A stretch of 64,000 nt of DNA from Candidatus Hydrogenedentota bacterium (GCA_963745075.1 CAVUWV010000015.1:64001-128000); one strand, 5' to 3'. Counted from the first letter of the stretch, positions 50,116-60,467 are shown. Notes: generated by a model from the sequence alone, not told the origin. Program-made: numbers and translations.

Positions 50116-52236
50116 ATGCCGGAAGGACGCTACGAGCGGTTGTGCGCCAGGATCACCGAAGCGCTGGACACGCCCGAGCGCAGCAACGCGCTGTTCCGGT
50201 GCATGCAACGCGGACGGGACAATCGTACCCGTGCGATCACATCCCTTCGCGACGGGGCCGCGTTTCGCACCCGGGTAAAGGCCATCAAGGACCGGTGCAT
50301 CGAGCAGCAAGAAGTGCTGCTCGATACGTTTATTGCGAACGCGCGGGCGCGGGGCGCGAAGGTCTTCCTCGCTTCCGACGGCGCCGCGGCCATCGAGTAC
50401 GTGTTGAACCTCGCCCGGGAACGCAACGCCAAGACGATCGCGAAGTCCAAATCGCTCACAACCGAGGAGATCGACATCAACGATCCCCTGATGGAGGCCG
50501 GCCTTCGGGTTATCGAGACCGATCTTGGCGAACTCATCATCCAACTGGTTCATGAGCGGCCCTATCATCTGGTGTTTCCGTCCGTTCACAAGATGACCGC
50601 AGAAGTGGCGCAAATCTTTGCGCGCGAGACCGGTCAAGAAATCTCTCCCGATATACCGTCGATCATGAAAGTGGTGCGCGCGTACCTGCGGCCCATCTTC
50701 CTGGACGCTGAAATCGGCATGACGGGGGCTAACATCGGTGTCGCGGAGAGCGGCGCCATTGTCATCGAAACCAATGAAGGCAATGGGCGGCTCGTGTCCA
50801 GTATCGGCGATTGTCACGTATGCGTGATGGGCGTGGAGAAGATCGTCGATTCGATTGAGGATGCCCTCGAACTCATCCTGGCCCATCCCGTGAGCGCATC
50901 CGGTCAACTGCCCACCACCTATGTGACGTGGATGGGAGGCCGATCGCCCCTCGGGGAAGGCGCGGGCAGGGCGCCCCGGGAATCGCACATCGTGATCCTC
51001 GACAACGGCCGTACCGCGATGCGCCGGGATCCCGAGATGCGCGAGGCGCTGAACTGCATTCGTTGCGGCGCGTGCATGAACGTCTGCCCAACCTACGGCG
51101 TCGTCGGCGGGCACACCTTCGGCCACATCTATCCCGGGCCGATCGGCATCCCCTGGACCGCCGAAGTGCATGGCCTGGACAACGCGGGGGACTTCGCGGC
51201 GCTGTGCATCTCCTGCGGATTGTGCAAGGAGATCTGCCCGGCAATGATCGACATGCCGATGATGATCGCGGAAGTGAAGGAACGGGATTCCCGGAAGCAT
51301 GGCTTCTCCCGGGCCGAGCGAACCATGATGGCAGCCGATGGCTATGCAGAGCTTGGAAGCGCGGTCGCGCCCCTGGCCAATCGGGCGATGCGGAGCCGTA
51401 TAGTCCGCCGGGTGATGGAGAAGACCTTGGGCGTGGACGCCCGGCGTCAGCTACCGGCGTTTTCGCGCGACACGTTCAAGCGGCAATTTGCTCGCCGCCC
51501 TTCCCGATCCGGCCTCGGCCAACGAAAAGTCGCGTTCTTTGTGGATGTCTTCGCCAACCACAATCGGCCCGACTTGGGAATGGCGGTTGTCGAACGCCTG
51601 GAAGCGTTGGGCTGCGACGTGGCGGTGCCCGAGCAGCGATCCAGCGGATATCCCTTTATCGCCTACGGCGATCTGGACCGCGCGCGCGAAGTCGCCGCGT
51701 ACAATGTGGCCCGATTTGCGCCCTGCGCCGAAGAAGGGTTTGACATCGTCGCGGTCGAGCCGACGGCTGCCTATTCGTTGCGCGTGGCGTATCCGAAACT
51801 GCTGCATGAAAGCCACAAGTCACTCGCCGTGGCCGGGCGATCCCAGGAACTCTTCGCCTATCTCCTCTCATTGGAACGGGACGCGCCAACGACCGCGACG
51901 CAGTTCCTGGGCCGGCGCTACGGTTTTCACGTGTCTTGCCATCAACGTCCCCTCGGGGCGGGGAGCGAGGCCATGGAATGGTTGCGTCGCCGTGGAGCGG
52001 ATGTGACCCTTATTGAAACGGGCACTTGTTGTGGCATGGGGGGGACCTTCGGATTGAAAGCGGGTCCCTTGGGCTATGATCTGTCCAAGGCGGCGGGCGA
52101 AACGCTTTGCGCCAAATTCATCGAATCGGGAGTGGATGCCATCGTCAGCGAGAGCAGCGTTTGCGCGATTCAGTTGCGGGAAGGGACCGGCCTGCCGGTC
52201 ATGCATCCGTTAGAGCTTTTCCTCGGCGCAGTCTAA
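50116..52236 (+). CDS. lutB: LutB-type Fe-S protein fused to GlpC/LutA-like CCG domains
   Basis: KSKSLTTEEI, ETDLGE, TNEGN, CIRCGACMNVCP, CISCGLCKEICP, then HVSCHQ and CCGMGGTFG. Confidence 0.85.
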   Translation: MPEGRYERLCARITEALDTPERSNALFRCMQRGRDNRTRAITSLRDGAAFRTRVKAIKDRCIEQQEVLLDTFIANARARGAKVFLASDGAAAIEYVLNLARERNAKTIAKSKSLTTEEIDINDPLMEAGLRVIETDLGELIIQLVHERPYHLVFPSVHKMTAEVAQIFARETGQEISPDIPSIMKVVRAYLRPIFLDAEIGMTGANIGVAESGAIVIETNEGNGRLVSSIGDCHVCVMGVEKIVDSIEDALELILAHPVSASGQLPTTYVTWMGGRSPLGEGAGRAPRESHIVILDNGRTAMRRDPEMREALNCIRCGACMNVCPTYGVVGGHTFGHIYPGPIGIPWTAEVHGLDNAGDFAALCISCGLCKEICPAMIDMPMMIAEVKERDSRKHGFSRAERTMMAADGYAELGSAVAPLANRAMRSRIVRRVMEKTLGVDARRQLPAFSRDTFKRQFARRPSRSGLGQRKVAFFVDVFANHNRPDLGMAVVERLEALGCDVAVPEQRSSGYPFIAYGDLDRAREVAAYNVARFAPCAEEGFDIVAVEPTAAYSLRVAYPKLLHESHKSLAVAGRSQELFAYLLSLERDAPTTATQFLGRRYGFHVSCHQRPLGAGSEAMEWLRRRGADVTLIETGTCCGMGGTFGLKAGPLGYDLSKAAGETLCAKFIESGVDAIVSESSVCAIQLREGTGLPVMHPLELFLGAV

Positions 52237-52247
52237 TCGGTCGCCGG

Positions 52248-52284
52248 AAAAAGAAAAAAGGCGGGCATGTATTCCATACCCGCC
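52248..52284 (-). terminator. Intrinsic terminator downstream of the small peptide gene
   Basis: GGCGGG..ATG / CAT..CCCGCC hairpin with adjacent A-rich run (T run on minus strand). Confidence 0.7.
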
Positions 52285-52310
52285 GGATCGCTTACTGAGA
52301 ATCGTCGTGA

Positions 52311-52406
52311 TTAGTTGGGCTGAACGAACAGCAAATCGGGCAGACCAAGGCCGGCACCGACGAACGCCCACAGGAACCACCAGAACAACCACAAGAGGAA
52401 AAACAT
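52311..52406 (-). CDS. 31-aa Trp/Phe-rich hydrophobic peptide (not in ORF track)
   Basis: MFFLLWLFWWFLWAFVGAGLGLPDLLFVQPN; AAAGGAGG 9 nt before ATG; own promoter and terminator. Confidence 0.72.
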   Translation of the reverse strand: MFFLLWLFWWFLWAFVGAGLGLPDLLFVQPN

Positions 52407-52467
52407 AGCAGGAGACCTCCTTTCTCGTTACCCTTTTCTTACCCCCGACGGACCAGAGGCTAGCCGG

Positions 52468-52496
52468 AGTCTAGCATAGCGGTTTAGGGTTGTCAA
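52468..52496 (-). promoter_or_regulatory. Near-consensus sigma-70 promoter for the small peptide
   Basis: TTGACA (52496-52491), 17-bp spacer ending TGc, TAGACT (52473-52468). Confidence 0.75.
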
Positions 52497-52602
52497 GGAA
52501 GCGAAATCTTCGACAACCGTTTTTTGCGGAACATACGGTACACGGAGAAAATCCTCGCGGCACATGTGGTAGGTGCACGGACGGCGCCAAGCGCCGCCTG
52601 GC

Positions 52603-53181
52603 TCAGCTTACCTCAATGCCCACCCGGGCCAACACCCGCCGAAGGTCATCTGGAGTAAATGGCTTGCTCAGCGAAACCGCCGCGCCATATTCCAGGGCGC
52701 GCGCCGCCAAGTCCCGATCTTCAGGCGCCGCCATGGCAACAATACGCACGTTCGGAAGGTCGGGGAGGTCCTTAATCCGGCGGCACACATCCAGTCCGTC
52801 GACGCCCGGAAGGCGCAAATCCAGGAAAACGACATCCGGCAAGAACGAGGCCGTATGCCGGCCGGCATCAAATCCATCGAGCGCGCTTTCGACTTGGAAA
52901 TTTCCGCGCGACCGCTCCAGAAATCGGCGGACCACGGTGACAACCGAGTGCTCGCCGTCGACCACCAGTACCCGCAACCCCGCGGAGTTCAAGTCCCCGT
53001 GAATGGGGATGTTGTTTTCCCGGAGAAACTGGATCAGGTCTTCGCGGCGAATACGGCGATGGCCGCCGGGGGTCTTGAACACGTGGATTCGGCCGGCCTC
53101 TGCCCACTTGCGAATGGTGTCCGCAGTGACGTGGCAATACTTGGCTACTTCGGACGTGCTATAGGATTGCTTCATTTCCAT
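52603..53181 (-). CDS. Excisionase-type HTH + receiver domain regulator
   Basis: YSTSEVAKYCHVTADTIRKW...KTPGGHRRI then REC (VLVVDGE, FLDLRLP, SKPF). Confidence 0.88.
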   Translation of the reverse strand: MEMKQSYSTSEVAKYCHVTADTIRKWAEAGRIHVFKTPGGHRRIRREDLIQFLRENNIPIHGDLNSAGLRVLVVDGEHSVVTVVRRFLERSRGNFQVESALDGFDAGRHTASFLPDVVFLDLRLPGVDGLDVCRRIKDLPDLPNVRIVAMAAPEDRDLAARALEYGAAVSLSKPFTPDDLRRVLARVGIEVS

Positions 53182-53326
53182 AAGGTCGAAGACTGTGGTC
53201 CTGTGAAGCGCGCAAAAGCCGGATCAAATCCAACTGCTGCACTTGGCCGTCGTACACCCCCCGCGGAAGGCAGGTCAGCAAGACCCCCGGTCGTCTTCTC
53301 TCCTTCCACGAGAGCAAATAACTAGA

Positions 53327-53402
53327 TGGAGCTGGATCGGGGAGTCGAACCCCGGACCTCATCATTACGAGTGATGCGCTCTACCAACTGAGCTAATCCA
53401 GC
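53327..53402 (-). tRNA. tRNA-Thr(CGT)
   Basis: 76-nt cloverleaf GCTGGATTAGCTCAG...CT-CGT-AA...GTTCGAC...CCA. Confidence 0.97.
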
Positions 53403-53410
53403 AAGAAAAA

Positions 53411-53486
<76 letters not shown>

Positions 53487-53545
53487 ACGCGCGCAAATAG
53501 CATACGCAACGTATCGGACCGAAGTCAAGCAGCGGCCCATATTCA

Positions 53546-54463
53546 CTACTCGATTCCCGCACGGCGGTCGGCAAAAATGCCGCCCTCAGACGATGTCAAC
53601 GCCGTGTTGCGAATTTGGGAAAGGACCTCGAAAATCTGCTGCGGCGTGGCCGTTTCCTTGCGATCGTGCTGCGTGATACAGAACATCACATCCAATTTCT
53701 TCTCCTCACCGTCCGCCGTAGGTTTCGGGCGCGGGCTACCCGTGGTCGCCATATACAGTTTCTCGATCTGGGCCAGCCACACTTTTCGCGCCCACCGGCT
53801 GAACGCCTGGATGCGCTTGGGCGACATAATGATCATAAAATGGCCGCCGCCCATATGGCCCACAAAGATCGATTCATCCTTGAGTTCTTCCGAGCACCGG
53901 GCAAGGGCCTTTCCCAAATGGCGGACTGCCTTCGTGCGTGCGTCCGCGCCGTACTTTCTTCCGAACTCGCGCACGTGGAGCAATTCGCAGTGGGCCAGGG
54001 CAAATCCTTCGCGCAAACTGACGCGGCGTTGAATCTCACGCTTCGTCGCGTCGGCCGCCGGTAGCGACGTGAGTTCATCTACGCCGCTGCTTCCCGCTCC
54101 GATCCGCAACAGCGCCTCGATTCGCTGCGTAAGGTTCGCAATGTCGAAGGGTTTGGCGACGTAGTCGTCCGCGCCTTGCGCCAGCCCGTGGAACACTTCC
54201 TCTTCGTTGTTCATCGCAGAAAGGAACAGGATGGGGAGCGTGTAAAAATCGGGATTGCGCCGGATTTGGCGGCAGACCTCGAAGCCGGACGTGTGCGGCA
54301 GCATAACATCCAGAACGAGAAGATCGTACTTCGCCGCCTGCAAAGTCTCCAAGACTTTTTGTCCGGACGTTTGGATGGTACAGGTATGGCCGTTCTTGAC
54401 CAGGTGATCTTGGACAAGTCGGTTCGAGCGTTCGTCGTCGTCTACAATCAGTATCTTTGCCAC
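53546..54463 (-). CDS. Response regulator with degenerate GGDEF-like domain
   Basis: Intact REC (ILIVDDD, LDVMLP, LSA, AKPF); DELTSLP...VGHMGGGHF; GTG start at 54463 preferred over TTG at 54505. Confidence 0.85.
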   Translation of the reverse strand: MAKILIVDDDERSNRLVQDHLVKNGHTCTIQTSGQKVLETLQAAKYDLLVLDVMLPHTSGFEVCRQIRRNPDFYTLPILFLSAMNNEEEVFHGLAQGADDYVAKPFDIANLTQRIEALLRIGAGSSGVDELTSLPAADATKREIQRRVSLREGFALAHCELLHVREFGRKYGADARTKAVRHLGKALARCSEELKDESIFVGHMGGGHFMIIMSPKRIQAFSRWARKVWLAQIEKLYMATTGSPRPKPTADGEEKKLDVMFCITQHDRKETATPQQIFEVLSQIRNTALTSSEGGIFADRRAGIE

Positions 54464-54507
54464 CCGCCTGTACCTCGTCGCGTTGCCAAAGGAAAACACC
54501 GTCAAAG

Positions 54508-54593
54508 TGGTGGGCGAGGAGGGATTCGAACCCTCAAGCCCGTTGGGGCAGCGGATTTTAAGTCCGCCGTGTATGCCATTCCACCACTCGCCC
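54508..54593 (-). tRNA. tRNA-Leu(TAA)
   Basis: 86 nt with long variable arm; CT-TAA-AA loop; encoded CCA. Confidence 0.96.
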
Positions 54594-54685
54594 TCGAGCG
54601 CGAACTAGCATGAATATCGCCCGCACCTGAAATGGGAAGCGTTCCGACCGAACCACCCACCCCACGCGGTGGTATCAAATTGTAA

Positions 54686-54761
54686 TGGAGGCGGCACCCG
54701 GACTCGAACCGGGGAATGGAGGCTTTGCAGGCCTCTGCCTTACCAACTTGGCTATGCCGCC
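54686..54761 (-). tRNA. tRNA-Cys(GCA)
   Basis: 76 nt GGCGGCATAGCCAAG...CT-GCA-AA...CCA. Confidence 0.97.
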
Positions 54762-54771
54762 ACAGAAAAGA

Positions 54772-54801
54772 ATTCTAGCCAACGAGCGCCGGGCATGTCA
54801 A
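54772..54801 (-). promoter_or_regulatory. Promoter of tRNA-Cys/Leu
   Basis: TTGACA-18 bp-TAGAAT, 10 nt before tRNA-Cys. Confidence 0.7.
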
Positions 54802-54996
54802 GGAATGTCCCCCTTCAGTCGTACGCAAGTCGGTGTGGCAACGGGATATTCGAGATCCCTTCCCGGCCGGGATGAAAGATATTATCCCGAAAAACCAGTC
54901 CCCGCGGACTCGGCTCGGGCGTGATATAGACGGCGTATTCGTAGCGCGGCCCAATGGTTACCGGAACTCCATTTTCGAAGACTGAACCGTCAGCCC

Positions 54997-57623
54997 TTAT
55001 GCCGTAGCCGTGGCTTCGACCCGCGCGTTTTCGTTGGCAAGAAACGTGTCGCGCTTGAGCACTTTTGTGGATTGCGCGTCGAGCCCGAGCAAGGGTAGCA
55101 GTTCCCGCATTCGCACGGAGCGGCCACCCACCAATTCGACTTCCAGGTCGACCACGGCCTGATGTTCGCCCGAATCAATCAGTTCCAACCGGCGAATCAT
55201 GGGGCGGATATCCACTTCGATTCGGGGCGCCGGTCGTTTCCGGCCCCGCATCTTCTTGGCTTTCCCACTCCGCTCGACGACAATCTCGGGCGCGCCCATA
55301 ATCTCCTCGATGCGCTCCTGCAACGTCACCGGATCCGCCGACGAATAGATCGTGTAGGCAAAGCCTGTCGTACACGCCATGAGCGCCGGGGCCTTGAGCG
55401 GAACCTCCTCTGCTTCAAATGCGCGAAAACCCTCCGGCAAGGTCGCGCGGATCCGTTGCAGCAACTCGTTTGGCTCGACGCGCTCCTTCAATACGACATC
55501 CATGTAATCACCCAGGGATTCCTCACCCACCGGCGGCGCCGTCGCGAAGGTCACTTTCGGATGTGCATGGAAGCCTTGTGAATACGACAGCGGCGTGCGC
55601 GCCCGCCGCAAGGTGCGCACCCACGCATTGACCAATTCCAGATGCGAAAGAAACCGCGCTTCGCCGGTCCGCCCAATACGAAAACGTACCCGTTGGACGG
55701 CTTCGGGCTCCTCGTACTTCGGCAGGGGAGTCGGCTGCCAATCCTTTTCCTCGATGCGGCCCCGCTTTTGCCGTTTGAGCATGTGCTTGCAGAGTTCCCG
55801 TTCCCGGTAGATGACCCCGCACAGGTGGCACTTGCCGGCACGGCAGTCCTGGGCGTGCTTCAATTCCATCGCGCGCTGCCAATCCTCCTGAAACCATTTC
55901 TTGGGAATCAGCATGTCGATATGGTCCCAGGGCAGTCGTTCGTCCAACGTCGCGGGCGCGAAGCGTACCATGCACGTCGTAGTTCGTCTGTTCGATGGCG
56001 TCCAGCCAAGCCTGGAAATTGAGATGCTCGCCCCAAGACTCCAGCCGTGCGCCGTTGCGCCACGCCGCTTCCAGGAGGTCCGCTCCGCGCCGGTCCGCCC
56101 GGGTCAGCAGGCCCTCGATAAATGTGATTTCGGGCTCGTGTTTACCAAACTTGATTCCGCCGTTGCCTTTGAAGCCTTTCTCCAAAATGCCTTGCCGGCG
56201 ATAGGCCTCCTCCAATGAGATTTGTTCCGCCCATTGGAATGGCGTGAAGGGCTTCGGAACGAAAGTGGACACGCCGGTATTGACCTTCGCCCGCGGGCGT
56301 GATGCTGCGCCCCAATTTCAGCGTGCGCAGGCACAGATCGACGATGGCCTCGACGTCTTCGTCGCGTTCTGTCGGCAGGCCAATCATGAAATAGGTCTTC
56401 ACATGGCCCCAGCCGCGCCGGAAGGCCTCCGAGGACATGTTTAGCAGATCCTCATCGGGGATCCATTTGTTGATGACCGCCCGCAACCGCGGCGTAGCCG
56501 CCTCCGGGGCGAAAGTCAGTCCACTGCGACGGACTCCCGCGACCATGTCCGCGAGTTCCACTGAAAAGGAATCGAGCCGGAGGGACGGCAACGAGACACT
56601 GACGTTGTTTTGCGCGGCGCGTTTCGCGGCCTGCTCGACCAGCATGCGCGGCCGAGAGAAATCGCAGGTCGACAACGACACCAGGGACACCTCTTCGTAA
56701 CCCGTGGCGTCAAGCGTGCGCTCCATCAGTTCATCGACCTTTTCCAGGGACCGTTCGCGTACCGGTCGCGTCACCATGCCCGCCTGGCAGAAGCGGCATC
56801 CCTGGGTGCAGCCTCGCAACACCTCGAGGCCAACTCGGTCATGGACCTGCTGCGTGTACGGTACAATGTAATTGGTCGGAAACGTCGCGCCGTCCAGATC
56901 CTGCAGCGTACGCTTCACGATCTTCGGCGTGTCTTCTTTGGGGAGAATGCGTCCGTCCGGCAACGTTTCGAAGGGGTACAATTCCGGCACGTAGACGCCT
57001 TCAATCTTCACCAACGCTTCCAGTTTCGTCCGGCGCGGTTCGTCTCGCACGGATCGCAACACCTCGGCGATCTCGACAATCACTTCTTCACCATCACCGA
57101 TGACGAAGAAATCCATAAACGGCGCGAGGGGTTCCGGATTGAAGACGGAAGGCCCGCCCGCCATGGTCAAGGGGTGCGATTCGTCGCGATGTTCCGTCCG
57201 CAACGGGATGCCGGCCAGATCGAGCAGATTCAGAATGTTCGTGTAGTTTAATTCGGTCTGGAGCGTGAACCCGATGAGGTCCATGGCGCCGAAGGGGTCT
57301 TTGGATTCATTCGTAAATGCCGGGAACCCCCGTTGTCGAAGGATCGCTTCCATATCCGGGGCCGGCGTGTAACCCCGCTCGCACCAGCACCACGGGAGCT
57401 TGTTGAGGATTGCGTAAAGTATCAGGATTCCGAGATTTCCCAGCCCCAAATCGTAGAGGTCAGGAAACACGAGCGCAATGCGCAGTTCGACTTCCGCCGG
57501 GTCCTTGTGCGTAGAATTCAATTCCGTACCCAGGTACCGGGACGGTTTTTCCACACTCGGCAGAACCTCGTTGTACAGCACATCCCGCAACGACACAGTC
57601 TTTCCCTGTACGGATGCCATCAT
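54997..57623 (-). CDS. TIGR03960-type radical SAM protein fused to TIGR03936/DUF2344 domain; split by two +1 frameshifts (~56296, ~55951)
   Basis: VEKPSRYLGTELN, RGCTQGCRFCQAG, FAPEA, YFMIGLPTE; then FVPKPFTPFQW; then LPWDHID and RFLSHLEL...YSQGFHAHPK. Confidence 0.88.
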
Positions 57624-57679
57624 TTCTCCCAAGTCTCTTGCAGCAGTTTGTAGCGCAGGCGTCCCGCCTGCCATGGGGC

Positions 57680-59002
57680 CTACGTCGCGGGCGCGCTCCA
57701 CGCCGCCAACGTACCGTCGTAGTCAAAAATCTCGTGCGCATTGCCGCGCATAATCCGGTCCACCAACGCCGGCATTTCGCCGTCGGATACCCATCCCTCA
57801 GACACCAATTCGCTGACGGCCTGCGCCAGCCCCTTTCGCGCAATGGCCGCGTGTCCGGGAACCATCTCGACCGGACCATAGTCGCCGCCGAAGGTCAACA
57901 GCTTCGTGTGCGCTGCCGCCATGAGGTACTCCTTCACAAAGCGAACACCGGCGAGAGGATTGATAATCCAGGCCCAGCACATATCCACGTAGACATTGTG
58001 ATAATGCTTGGCCAGCGCAATTGCCTGGTCTTGATAAGGATATGAGATATGCATAATGACGAATCGCGCGTCCGGGTGCGCCTTGATGATGGGGCAAAGG
58101 TCGCCGTCATTCTGGCCTACCCGGTGCAGCGGCATCTGTCCCGTGCCCGCATAGTACCCCGTGTGTAACTTCACGGGCAGGTCGTATTCCACCGATTTTT
58201 CAATGCAGTAATGGAATAAATGGTCCTGGATCGCTTTCTTTTCGAATTCCGCGGAACCCTCCGGGTCCTTCAGATGGCGGGCGAAAAGCGGCGCCGCATC
58301 CTCGGCGCGTACCGGTTCATAGTCCAAACGCCGCGCGTAAGCGCTCTGATTCTTCATCGCGATGGCCTTGGGTCCGTAGGTGTCGAAGACCCAGTCAATG
58401 ACGTCATGCCAGTCCTGCAACGACCCTACCTCGCGGTTCGCCTTTTTCGCGTACGGCTCGACGTTCAGGCCCGAACTCAAACCAACGAAGCTCAGGTCCT
58501 GGCACAGCAGGTCCGGCTGGTCCGTCTCGTTGAAAACCGAATCCTCGAAGCTATTCACTTGGGCGTACTCGACGTTGGCGGTTTCGCGCAGCAGCCGTTT
58601 GACGTACCCCGGTTGAATCTGGTTATGGATCAATTCCGAAATACGCCGATAATTGCCATCATTGATATCATCCTCGCCGAACATCAATCGCAACGATTCG
58701 CGCACGTTTTGCAGGTAGCCCGTATACCGGGTCCGCGCATAGACGGGGCCGATGAGTTTCCATTTTTCCGCTACGTCCGTATGCGGATCGACCATCTTGT
58801 TGCGATCGTCCGCACTGAGGCCGGCCGAAACCAAATCCGAATCGGCGTAATGATAGAAAAGGATTCCCAAGTCGCTGGGAATGGCGTGCTTATCCGGCTC
58901 CGTCAGGGTCGCCAGACGCGTTCGCTCTTCCCATAAATGCTCGTGGCTGTCGACGAACGGCGTAGTGTTGACGAGGTCGAGGATTTCCGGATGTATGGTC
59001 AT
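57680..59002 (-). CDS. Amidohydrolase family protein
   Basis: FVDSHEH, PVKLHTG, IMHISYP, NVYVDMCW, FGGDY. Confidence 0.87.
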   Translation of the reverse strand: MTIHPEILDLVNTTPFVDSHEHLWEERTRLATLTEPDKHAIPSDLGILFYHYADSDLVSAGLSADDRNKMVDPHTDVAEKWKLIGPVYARTRYTGYLQNVRESLRLMFGEDDINDGNYRRISELIHNQIQPGYVKRLLRETANVEYAQVNSFEDSVFNETDQPDLLCQDLSFVGLSSGLNVEPYAKKANREVGSLQDWHDVIDWVFDTYGPKAIAMKNQSAYARRLDYEPVRAEDAAPLFARHLKDPEGSAEFEKKAIQDHLFHYCIEKSVEYDLPVKLHTGYYAGTGQMPLHRVGQNDGDLCPIIKAHPDARFVIMHISYPYQDQAIALAKHYHNVYVDMCWAWIINPLAGVRFVKEYLMAAAHTKLLTFGGDYGPVEMVPGHAAIARKGLAQAVSELVSEGWVSDGEMPALVDRIMRGNAHEIFDYDGTLAAWSAPAT

Positions 59003-59105
59003 GACAACAAGCTCCACGTAAGACATTCAATGTCTTGCAGTCCAATAGGATAGCGAAATGCGGGCGTGGAGGCAAGCGGAGGGGGGGGCTGATCGGGATA
59101 GTTCG

Positions 59106-59136
59106 GATCGGACCGATCACTCCGATCGGTCCGATC
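59106..59136. repeat. GATC 9-mer palindromic repeat
   Basis: GATCGGACCGATC-ACTCC-GATCGGTCCGATC, perfect 13-bp stem. Confidence 0.8.
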
Positions 59137-59148
59137 TGTTGTGCATAC

Positions 59149-59185
59149 AAAAAAAGCGCCGGGGTCCCCGATGAAGCCCCGGCGC
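59149..59185 (-). terminator. Intrinsic terminator after the FKBP gene
   Basis: GCGCCGGGG / CCCCGGCGC stem followed by T7 on the minus strand. Confidence 0.8.
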
Positions 59186-59207
59186 GATGTTTTGCTCCTG
59201 GACCTTA

Positions 59208-59960
59208 CTATTTCGGAATCGCGATGCTGTTGTCTTTGACGATGTTGAGCAGCTCGATGTCAAAGATCAAGGTAGCGTTTGGCGGAATCTGTCCGTTACC
59301 CGCACCCCGTTCGCCATAGGCCAGATCGGCCGGAATGAACAGCTTCCACTTGTCCCCGACGTGCATCATCTGCAGGGCCTCGGTCCAGCCGGGGATGACA
59401 CCGTTCACGGGGAATTCCGCAGGTTCGCCACGGTCGTACGAACTGTCGAATACCGTTCCGTCGATAAGGGTCCCGCGGTAGTGCGTCCGAACAACGTCCG
59501 TCGCCTTGGGCACTTCGCCGTCACCCGTCTTCTCGACGATGTACTGCAAGCCGCTGTCCGTCGTCTTCACGCCCGGTTTGTTGGCGTTCTCGGCAAGGAA
59601 TTTTGCCCCTTCGGCGCCGGCTTTTTCACCGGCCGCGGCGCGTTCGGCCTGCATTTTTTCCATCATCTTCTGCTGGAAGGTTTGCATGACCATCTTCATT
59701 TCGTCGGCGCTCAAGGCAAATTCGCGCCCGGCGCGGGCATCTTCGATTCCGCGAATGAAGGTTTTCATATCAATGTCCAGCCCGTCGCCTTTCATGCTGG
59801 TGCCGACTTGCGTGCCGATCGTATACGACAGTTTCTGCGCATCGGTATTCAGCGCGATCGGGTCCGGGGCGGCTTCGTCTTTCTTCTCTTCCGCGGCGAA
59901 ACCAACGAAAGGCGCCAGAGTGACTGCGACAAGCATCGCAAGTACGAGAGTCTTTTTCAC
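59208..59960 (-). CDS. FKBP-type peptidyl-prolyl isomerase (FkpA/Mip-like), exported
   Basis: Signal peptide, KLSYTIG, SGLQY, HYRGTLIDGTVFDSSY, VIPGWTEALQ, LAYGERG. Confidence 0.95.
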   Translation of the reverse strand: MKKTLVLAMLVAVTLAPFVGFAAEEKKDEAAPDPIALNTDAQKLSYTIGTQVGTSMKGDGLDIDMKTFIRGIEDARAGREFALSADEMKMVMQTFQQKMMEKMQAERAAAGEKAGAEGAKFLAENANKPGVKTTDSGLQYIVEKTGDGEVPKATDVVRTHYRGTLIDGTVFDSSYDRGEPAEFPVNGVIPGWTEALQMMHVGDKWKLFIPADLAYGERGAGNGQIPPNATLIFDIELLNIVKDNSIAIPK

Positions 59961-60095
59961 GTTTTGCTCCTTATGGGGTTATTTCTTGCGCGCTTCAGTC
60001 TCGCGACCGTATTGGGGGCGCGGACGCGCGAAGCGCTTATTGTACACGGAAACGGGTGGTCACTTCCGCAAATTTCTGCTGCAAAGGTTTCCTGG

Positions 60096-60467
60096 TCACA
60101 AGCCTCGGAGGAACTGCTCGACGGCCGCACAATGATCGCCTTGGATTTCCACCTCGCCATCTCGAAACACACCGCCCGCGCCGCAACGCTTTTTCAGCGT
60201 CCGCAGCAGTTCCTGCGCGTCCCCCGTGACGTTACGTATAACCGTCACAGTCTTGCCTTTGGCTCGTTTCTCCACGAAGATAGGCAGGCCCCCCTTGCGA
60301 GTTTTTGTGATCTGAAACGGCAACTCCGATGGGGCGGGTTGCATCCGGTCGGTGGAACTCGCGGTCGGCGGCTTCGAGTCCGTGGCCGCACGTTCCGCCA
60401 GCGAAGCGAAAGGATTGTCAGTCAACGGCTTAACGTCGCCCGAGCGGTCAATTCGTTTCTTGCTCAA
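60096..60467 (-). CDS. Translation initiation factor SUI1/YciH family
   Basis: EKRAKGKTVTVI, LKKRCGAGG, VEIQGDH. Confidence 0.9.
   Translation of the reverse strand: MSKKRIDRSGDVKPLTDNPFASLAERAATDSKPPTASSTDRMQPAPSELPFQITKTRKGGLPIFVEKRAKGKTVTVIRNVTGDAQELLRTLKKRCGAGGVFRDGEVEIQGDHCAAVEQFLRGL

Noticed and set aside
52603..53402. Integrative element at tRNA-Thr suggested by the excisionase-like HTH
   Set aside because: The HTH is fused to a receiver domain as in ordinary regulators; I saw no integrase or duplicated tRNA 3' end
55940..56300. Programmed frameshifting in the radical SAM fusion or the glycosidases
   Set aside because: No slippery heptamer or stimulatory structure at the junctions, and the breaks fall inside conserved domains
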